This document shows, piece after piece, positions 58,726 to 64,000 of a stretch of DNA of 64,000 bases; the first letter of the stretch is position 1; each line of letters begins with the position of its first letter. Where the stretch lies: contig CP129476.1 of assembly GCA_030583805.1 (NCBI GenBank), forward strand, positions 604,129 through 668,128, given 5' to 3'. A model generated the notes under the pieces. It searched no databases. It saw only the letters and a program-made list of their open reading frames with translations, and was not told where the DNA came from. The translations under genes were made by a program, and so were the position numbers. The stretch comes from Patescibacteria group bacterium (lineage in GTDB: Bacteria > Patescibacteriota > Patescibacteriia > SG8-24 > DYFX01).

Positions 58726-60018
58726 TCACGGGGCGAGCGGGCCGAGCGTACCGCAGGGCGGCAGGCAGGCGGACGTCGGCGAAAGCCGGGGCGAGGAAGG
58801 AGCATCGTGCGCCGTGAGATCCCAGGCGAGATCAGGGTAGTAACGCGAGACGCCGTCGACCGTGAGGCGGTAGGAGCACCAGCCGTCGTCGGTTTCGAAG
58901 GGCAGCGCGCCGAGATTCTCCACGTCGTAGGCGAGGAGATAGTGCACTTCCGGCGGATCGACGCGTCCTTCGAAGGACGCAATCAATCCCTCGGCCTCCG
59001 AACCGTCCTTGGCGTAGGCGCGACCTTCCGACCAATTGACGAACCAGTCGCCGTAGCGGTCGCGGATTTCGACCAGCGTTTCCGACTGGGCGATCACCGT
59101 GATCGGCGTTTCGTGGGTTTCCTCGGTGCCTTCGCACTCACTCCAGAAATGCTGCTGGGCACGGTAGTCGCCGGAGACGGCATCGAGACTCGCGACGCGT
59201 TTCTTGCCTTCAATCGTGTACGCATGATGGCAGTTCGTCGATTCGCCCAGCGGGGTCAAGCTCATCGTCAACGCATCGAGATCCGCCCGGAAGACGCCCT
59301 TGAGGCGCATCGTGAACATGTCGATGCCTTCCCACGAGACGGTGAACCCGATGCCGGACCAGTCCAGAACGCCTTGCGCCGGAAGGTCGGTAATCGCGTA
59401 GATCATGCCGTCGAGGTTGAGTCTCAGTTCCGTCGTCGTCGGAACGACGTTGAGAAGGAAGACTTGCGAACCAAGCGGCTCCGCGGGAAGCGGCTCGTCG
59501 CCGCAAACCTCTCCGTAGTACGAGAGGCGCGTCTGGTGAATACCTTCGAGCGCCGTCGCGTCGTGAAACGCGCGTGCCGGACCGCGAACCCGGACTGTTC
59601 TGGCGCAATCGACCCTCTCGTTGCCTTCGTAGCGATACCACGCTTGGTTGAACGTCAGGTCGACGGCCTCCATCGTGAGCGTGCCGTCGATCTCGTAGTT
59701 GAACGAACGCTCGGCCAGCTTGGAATCGCGGGTGGCACGGTATGCGACCGCGCCGCCTTCGGCAACGCGCAGATCGGGATAGCTGTACGGCTCCGGAATC
59801 CAGCCGCCGTCATGGCGGAGTTCGACGCGGCCGTCCGCATGCAAGAGCGCATCGAGCTTGGGGAGGTTGTCGGCCGGCGGCACGCTCTCGTCGCAGGTGT
59901 CCACGATCTCATCGACCTGCACGAGGTAGGTCATATCGACGGCATCTGGCGGCGCGAGGTTGTCGCCGCAAGCGGCGAGCGTTGTCCACGCAAAAATGGT
60001 GATGAACACGGCTCTCAT
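58726..60018 (-). CDS. lipoprotein, about 430 aa, hypothetical
   Basis: Start MRAVFITIFAWTTLAACGD (lipobox LAAC, ATG 60018). Beta-rich with many Cys. No recognised motif. Confidence 0.55.
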   Translation of the reverse strand: MRAVFITIFAWTTLAACGDNLAPPDAVDMTYLVQVDEIVDTCDESVPPADNLPKLDALLHADGRVELRHDGGWIPEPYSYPDLRVAEGGAVAYRATRDSKLAERSFNYEIDGTLTMEAVDLTFNQAWYRYEGNERVDCARTVRVRGPARAFHDATALEGIHQTRLSYYGEVCGDEPLPAEPLGSQVFLLNVVPTTTELRLNLDGMIYAITDLPAQGVLDWSGIGFTVSWEGIDMFTMRLKGVFRADLDALTMSLTPLGESTNCHHAYTIEGKKRVASLDAVSGDYRAQQHFWSECEGTEETHETPITVIAQSETLVEIRDRYGDWFVNWSEGRAYAKDGSEAEGLIASFEGRVDPPEVHYLLAYDVENLGALPFETDDGWCSYRLTVDGVSRYYPDLAWDLTAHDAPSSPRLSPTSACLPPCGTLGPLAP

Positions 60019-60142
60019 CGACGGCCTCCTTGGGTAGTGTTGGCCGGATCCACCGTAGCAAAGTCGTGCCAAGGCGGAAAGTCCGGCTTGACGCTCGGGC
60101 ACACACTATGGAAAATAGCCCCATCGCTCCTTGGAGGTTCCC

Positions 60143-60820
60143 ATGAACACGTGGTTTTGGATCGTATTCGCGATCTTCGGGATTTTCTGCGTCCTGCTCC
60201 TGCTGCGACGCCGCGCGCCTCGACGCGCGCACGCGAACGAAGCGCCGGCACGCCAGCCGCCTCCCTCCTTGCCCCGCAAGCTCTACAACGTCAACGCGTT
60301 GCCGCCCTTGCGGCCGATGCCCGACGACGATGCGCTCGGGATCGTGCGAGGAAGCGGCGGCCGCTGCATGGTGCTGCCGTGCGAGCACCACGAACGGCCC
60401 CGTGCCGTGCGCTACCGCGTCTTCGGACAAGAGTTCATCTTCCCCGTCCCCTCTCGGTGTCCGGAGTGCATGCAGGGACTGCTCGAAGTTCTCAGCGAGC
60501 ACTGCGCCGTGTGCGGCCTCGGCATTCCTCCGTCGTGCAACGTCGCGATCGCCTGGGTCGGCGCTCCGCACCCGTTCACCCACATCGAATGCGCCGAAGC
60601 GCGGACGCTCTTGTGCGGCATGTGGGGCTGGGGCCAGCTCATGCCGCTCAGCACGCTCGATGCGAGGTTCAATGTCGGCGCCACGACTGCCATCGAAGAC
60701 GCGCTCATCGATGAAGCGCGGGAGCGCGAAAACGCGTCGAACCCGAGCGAAGCGGCGCCCGACGAAGAGTCCGAGGAAACGACGGATCCGTCCGTCGTGC
60801 CGAAGCCCGGAGCCAACTAG
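60143..60820 (+). CDS. TM-anchored Cys-rich hypothetical protein
   Basis: CCTTGGAGGTTCCC-ATG RBS. N-terminal TM. CPECMQGLLEVLSEHCAVCGLGIPP shares the C-x2-C-x3-LLEV-x4-C-x2-CG-x-I-P pattern with the 54691 product. Confidence 0.55.
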   Translation: MNTWFWIVFAIFGIFCVLLLLRRRAPRRAHANEAPARQPPPSLPRKLYNVNALPPLRPMPDDDALGIVRGSGGRCMVLPCEHHERPRAVRYRVFGQEFIFPVPSRCPECMQGLLEVLSEHCAVCGLGIPPSCNVAIAWVGAPHPFTHIECAEARTLLCGMWGWGQLMPLSTLDARFNVGATTAIEDALIDEARERENASNPSEAAPDEESEETTDPSVVPKPGAN

Positions 60821-60868
60821 CAGCTCGTTGAGCTGCCTTTTTTTATACAAAAGACCCGCCGGAGCGGG
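60821..60868. terminator. two convergent terminators (CAGCTC-gttg-AGCTG + T7 for the plus gene; GACCCGC-cgga-GCGGGT + T-run for pilT)
   Basis: Read from the sequence. Confidence 0.5.
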
Positions 60869-61912
60869 TTACTTTTGCGCGTCGCTTGAAGCGAGCAGAT
60901 AATTCTCGGCGACCTCTTCGGCCAGAAGGCCGTCTTTGACGAGGCGTTTCAGGTCTTGGGCGTAGGAAGTCATGCCGATCGCGGCGCCGGTCTGGATGAC
61001 GTTCTTGATCTGTTCGACTTTGTTCTCGCGGATCAAGTTGGCGCACGCCGGCGTATTGACCAGGATTTCGCGCGTCGCGACCAAGCCGCCGCCGAGCCGC
61101 GGCAAGAGCTGCTGCGAGATGACGCCGCGCAGCGTCATGGCGAGCTGCAGACGGATCTGCGTCTGTTGGTGCGGCGGGAAAACGTCGATGATACGCGAGA
61201 CGGTTTGCGGCGCGCTGAAGGTGTGGAGCGTGGCGAACACGAGGTGGCCCGTTTCGGCCAGGGTGAGCGTGGTCGCGATCGTGTCGAGGTCGCGCATTTC
61301 GCCGACCATGACGACGTCCGGGTCTTGGCGCAGCACGTGCTTCAAGCCTTCGGCGAACGAGACCATGTCCGACTCGAGCTGGCGCTGGCGGATGATGCTC
61401 TGCTTGGCGTCGAACAGGAATTCGACCGGGTCTTCAAGCGTGATGATGTTGAGGCGGCGCTTGGCATTGATGTCGTCGATCATGGCCGCGAGCGTCGTCG
61501 ATTTACCGGCGCTGGTCGGACCGGTCACGAGAATCAGGCCGTGCGACAACTCGGTGAAGCCTTGCACGACGGGCGGCAACTCGAGCTGGTCCATCGTCGG
61601 GATGATCTGCGGAATGGTACGAGCAGCCAGGCTGATGTGGCCGCGCTCCCACGACAAGTTCACGCGGAAACGGACGCCTTCGTTGGCATAAGCCAAGTCG
61701 AGTTCCTTCTCGATGCGGAAGCGCTCCATCTGCTGCGGCGTCACGATCTGGCTCAGGATCTTCTCCATCGAAGCCTCCGTGAGAACCTCCTCTTTGTCGA
61801 GATCGTACAATTCGCCAGAAATACGCAAAACGGGCCGGTGACCGACGATCAGGTGCAAGTCGGACGCGTTTTTTTCGGCGGCGGCGCCGAAGAGCGACTG
61901 GGCGGTGAGCAT
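60869..61912 (-). CDS. pilT: type IV pilus retraction ATPase PilT
   Basis: 347 aa, Walker A GPTSAGKST, Asp box, Walker B, His box (FATLHT), typical PilT. Confidence 0.9.
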   Translation of the reverse strand: MLTAQSLFGAAAEKNASDLHLIVGHRPVLRISGELYDLDKEEVLTEASMEKILSQIVTPQQMERFRIEKELDLAYANEGVRFRVNLSWERGHISLAARTIPQIIPTMDQLELPPVVQGFTELSHGLILVTGPTSAGKSTTLAAMIDDINAKRRLNIITLEDPVEFLFDAKQSIIRQRQLESDMVSFAEGLKHVLRQDPDVVMVGEMRDLDTIATTLTLAETGHLVFATLHTFSAPQTVSRIIDVFPPHQQTQIRLQLAMTLRGVISQQLLPRLGGGLVATREILVNTPACANLIRENKVEQIKNVIQTGAAIGMTSYAQDLKRLVKDGLLAEEVAENYLLASSDAQK

Positions 61913-61928
61913 ATGCGACTAGTATACA

Positions 61929-61958
61929 CCAAAACGAAAAGAGCCGGGATATCCGGCT
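61929..61958 (-). terminator. hairpin AGAGCCGG-gata-TCCGGCTCT with T-rich tract on the minus strand
   Basis: Immediately downstream of rnc. Confidence 0.5.
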
Positions 61959-62651
61959 CTACCACCCCTTCGTTTCCAACGCCTTCCGGGCGGCTTCGAT
62001 TTGCGCGTCTTGCTTGGAAGAACCCTTGCCCGTTGCGACGAGCTCGGACCCGAGAAAAACGCCGACTTCGAATTCTTTGGCGTGATCGGGGCCGACTTCG
62101 GAAAGCACTTTGTAGTTCGGCGTGACGCCCGCCGTCTCCTGCGCCGCTTCTTGGAAACGGCTTTTCGGATCGACGTACAATTTATGCTCGAGAATGTGAT
62201 CGAGTTTCGAAAGGACGAAACGCTCGATGAAAGCGCTGACGACCTCCCACCCGCGATCGAGATAGATCGAGCCGATCAGGGCTTCGATGGCATTCGCGAG
62301 GATGTACTGACGGGCTTTTGAACCGGAGTCTTTCGCTTCGCCGCGCGACAGGTACAGGTACTCGTCCATCCCAAGATCCTCCGACGCGATGGCCGAAAGC
62401 GTGTTGGCGTTGACGAGCGAGGCGCGCCAGTTGGTGAGCTCGCCTTCCGGATTTTCGTACCGCTTATAAAGATACTCCGTAACGACGAGTTCGATGACGG
62501 CGTCGCCGAGAAATTCCAAACGCTCGTTGTGGCCGAGGCGGAAATCGGGATGCTCGTTCAGATACGAACGGTGCACGAACGCTTGGACGAGAAGATCCTT
62601 GTTTTCGAACTGTACTCCGATCTTCTCCTCGAATTTCGAGAAGTCTTTCAT
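61959..62651 (-). CDS. rnc: ribonuclease III
   Basis: ERLEFLGDAV signature, C-terminal dsRBD. Confidence 0.9.
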   Translation of the reverse strand: MKDFSKFEEKIGVQFENKDLLVQAFVHRSYLNEHPDFRLGHNERLEFLGDAVIELVVTEYLYKRYENPEGELTNWRASLVNANTLSAIASEDLGMDEYLYLSRGEAKDSGSKARQYILANAIEALIGSIYLDRGWEVVSAFIERFVLSKLDHILEHKLYVDPKSRFQEAAQETAGVTPNYKVLSEVGPDHAKEFEVGVFLGSELVATGKGSSKQDAQIEAARKALETKGW

Positions 62652-62746
62652 GGTGCGCTTTTGCGCCTTTCAGTCGCGGCACATGCCGTACGTCTCCGTA
62701 GCACGGAGGGCGGCAGGTATCGCGGCTGAAACGCTAGACAGATGAA

Positions 62747-63256
62747 TTATGTTTCCTCTGGCGGTGAAGATTTTTTCTCTTCGCCATCCTCCCCTTCTTT
62801 CTTTTTCGGTTCCTGCTTGTCGACCTCCTTGATGCTGCCCGCAGCGATCATGTCTTTGAAGATCGCGCCGAGAACGCCGTTCACGAACTTGCCGGACGAC
62901 TCGCCGCCGTACGTCTTGGCGAGCTCGATCGCTTCGTTAATGGCCACCTTGGAGGGAACGCTGTCCGAATGCTTGAGTTCAAAAACGCCGATCCGAAGAA
63001 TATTCCGATCGACGATCGTGATCTGCGGCAGCGGCCACGCAGGCGCGTACTTGGTGATGACCGCGTCGATGTCCTTTTGATGCTTCAGCACGCCGTCGAC
63101 GAGTTCCTTGGCGAAACCCTTGTCGTCGAGACCGGGCGCGAACTCTTCCAAGTTGCGATCGGTCAGGGCGGTCATATCCTCGACCTTGCCATCATGAAAA
63201 TCGCGCTCGTACAGCGATTGCATGGCAACGGTGCGGGCAAGATGGCGGTTCGACAT
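62747..63256 (-). CDS. nusB: transcription antitermination factor NusB with K/E-rich C-terminal tail
   Basis: Start [20 protein letters not shown] (ATG 63256). The upstream track extension overlaps rpmF. Confidence 0.8.
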   Translation of the reverse strand: MSNRHLARTVAMQSLYERDFHDGKVEDMTALTDRNLEEFAPGLDDKGFAKELVDGVLKHQKDIDAVITKYAPAWPLPQITIVDRNILRIGVFELKHSDSVPSKVAINEAIELAKTYGGESSGKFVNGVLGAIFKDMIAAGSIKEVDKQEPKKKEGEDGEEKKSSPPEET

Positions 63257-63291
63257 AAAAGGACGGGCTACCTTCTTCCTCCTAAAGAAAG

Positions 63292-63477
63292 TTATTTCGA
63301 GGCTTTGGCCTTGGTCACCTGGCGGCCCTTGTAGGTGCCGCAGAAGGCGCAGGCTTTGTGAGGCTGGACGGGCTTTTTGCACTTGGCGCACTCCGTGAGC
63401 TGCTTCTTGCCGAGGGCAAAATGCGCGGCGCGGCGGCGTTTATGCGAGCTGGTCCGGCGATGTCCGGGAAGACCCAT
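63292..63477 (-). CDS. rpmF: 50S ribosomal protein L32
   Basis: [22 protein letters not shown]...[25 protein letters not shown], 61 aa. Confidence 0.8.
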   Translation of the reverse strand: MGLPGHRRTSSHKRRRAAHFALGKKQLTECAKCKKPVQPHKACAFCGTYKGRQVTKAKASK

Positions 63478-63609
63478 ATCTAGAATATCACTTAAAGGTA
63501 GGGACAGTATAGCGAAGCAAGCCATTCTTGGCAAGGGGCACGCGGCGCCCCGTCTTGACAATGAGGCCTTTTTGTCTCACAGTATTCCAATCGCACCTTG
63601 GAGGTTCCA

Positions 63610-64000
63610 TGTTGAACGCAAAGCAGCGCCGCCTTTCGCTCATCTTCGGTCTCGGCGCCTTCGCCGTCCTGATGTGCCTGTGCGCCTACTTCAACTTCGC
63701 CGAAGCACCGGCGGATCCGGAAGCTCCGCTCGCCTGGATTGCGCTCGCGCTCCTCTGCACCGTCACGGTCGGCATCGGAGCCTGGGTGGCAACGCTCCCC
63801 ATCTTCCCCGGGAGCGAGTCGCAGAGCATGGTCTTCCTGACCGCCATCGGCGCGCTCATACTCTTCATGGCGGTGATGGCGCGTATCGAGACGGGGGTGC
63901 AAATCCTCTTCGCCTTCCTGACCGGACGGCAGGCGTTCATCCTTCTCTGTGCGCACCTGCAAGAACGCGCGCCGCGCGTCGTCCTCCCCTCCGCGCGCCT
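63610..64000 (+). CDS. polytopic membrane protein, partial (runs off window end)
   Basis: CCTTGGAGGTTCC-ATG, identical RBS context to the 60143 gene. MLNAKQRRLSLIFGLGAFAVLMCLCAYF... with at least 3 TM helices. Not in the ORF track because no stop lies in the window. Confidence 0.4.

Overview
This is a high-GC (about 63-65%) bacterial chromosomal segment. Most genes lie on the minus strand and encode core translation and information-processing functions.

Gene order by window coordinate:
- Start of window: a partial YbaK-like deacylase, aspS, a YecM-like protein, asnS, a membrane protein, recO, ruvX, map and adk.
- An inserted block follows: a presenilin-like membrane protease, a small hypothetical gene, and a low-GC plus-strand XRE/ImmA pair.
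- Ribosomal cluster secY, rplO, rpsE, rplR, rplF, rpsH, rpsN (Z-type), rplE, rplX, rplN, rpsQ, rpmC, rplP, rpsC, rplV, rpsS, rplB, rplW, rplD, rplC. No L30 gene lies between rplO and rpsE.
- A 328-nt noncoding gap, then rpsJ and tuf.
- A roughly 2.7-kb cassette of uncharacterised small and membrane proteins sits between tuf and fusA, followed by rpsG and rpsL.
- Then a hypothetical gene, an M50 site-2 protease, rpmB, a methyltransferase, tRNA-Pro, a 340-nt structured noncoding region, ndk and a two-ORF comEC.
- leuS carries an embedded Nudix-box domain.
- A secreted beta-rich protein, a frameshifted gdh, small membrane proteins each followed by a repeated hairpin element, trxB, trxA and infB.
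- truB, rny, ymdB, hup, proS (no editing domain), typA, dut, tRNA-Lys, tRNA-Arg, a lipoprotein, pilT, rnc, nusB and rpmF.

No rRNA, CRISPR array, transposase or integrase was seen. The lineage cannot be fixed from the sequence alone. L30 is absent, S14 is Z-type and AspRS is the short form, but the high GC and the use of AGGAG ribosome-binding sites argue for caution.

The observations most worth a second look are:
- the LeuRS-Nudix chimera;
- the presenilin-like protease plus XRE/ImmA insertion in the secY-adk junction;
- the cassette interrupting fusA-tuf;
- two unexplained noncoding regions, rpsJ-rplC and upstream of tRNA-Pro.
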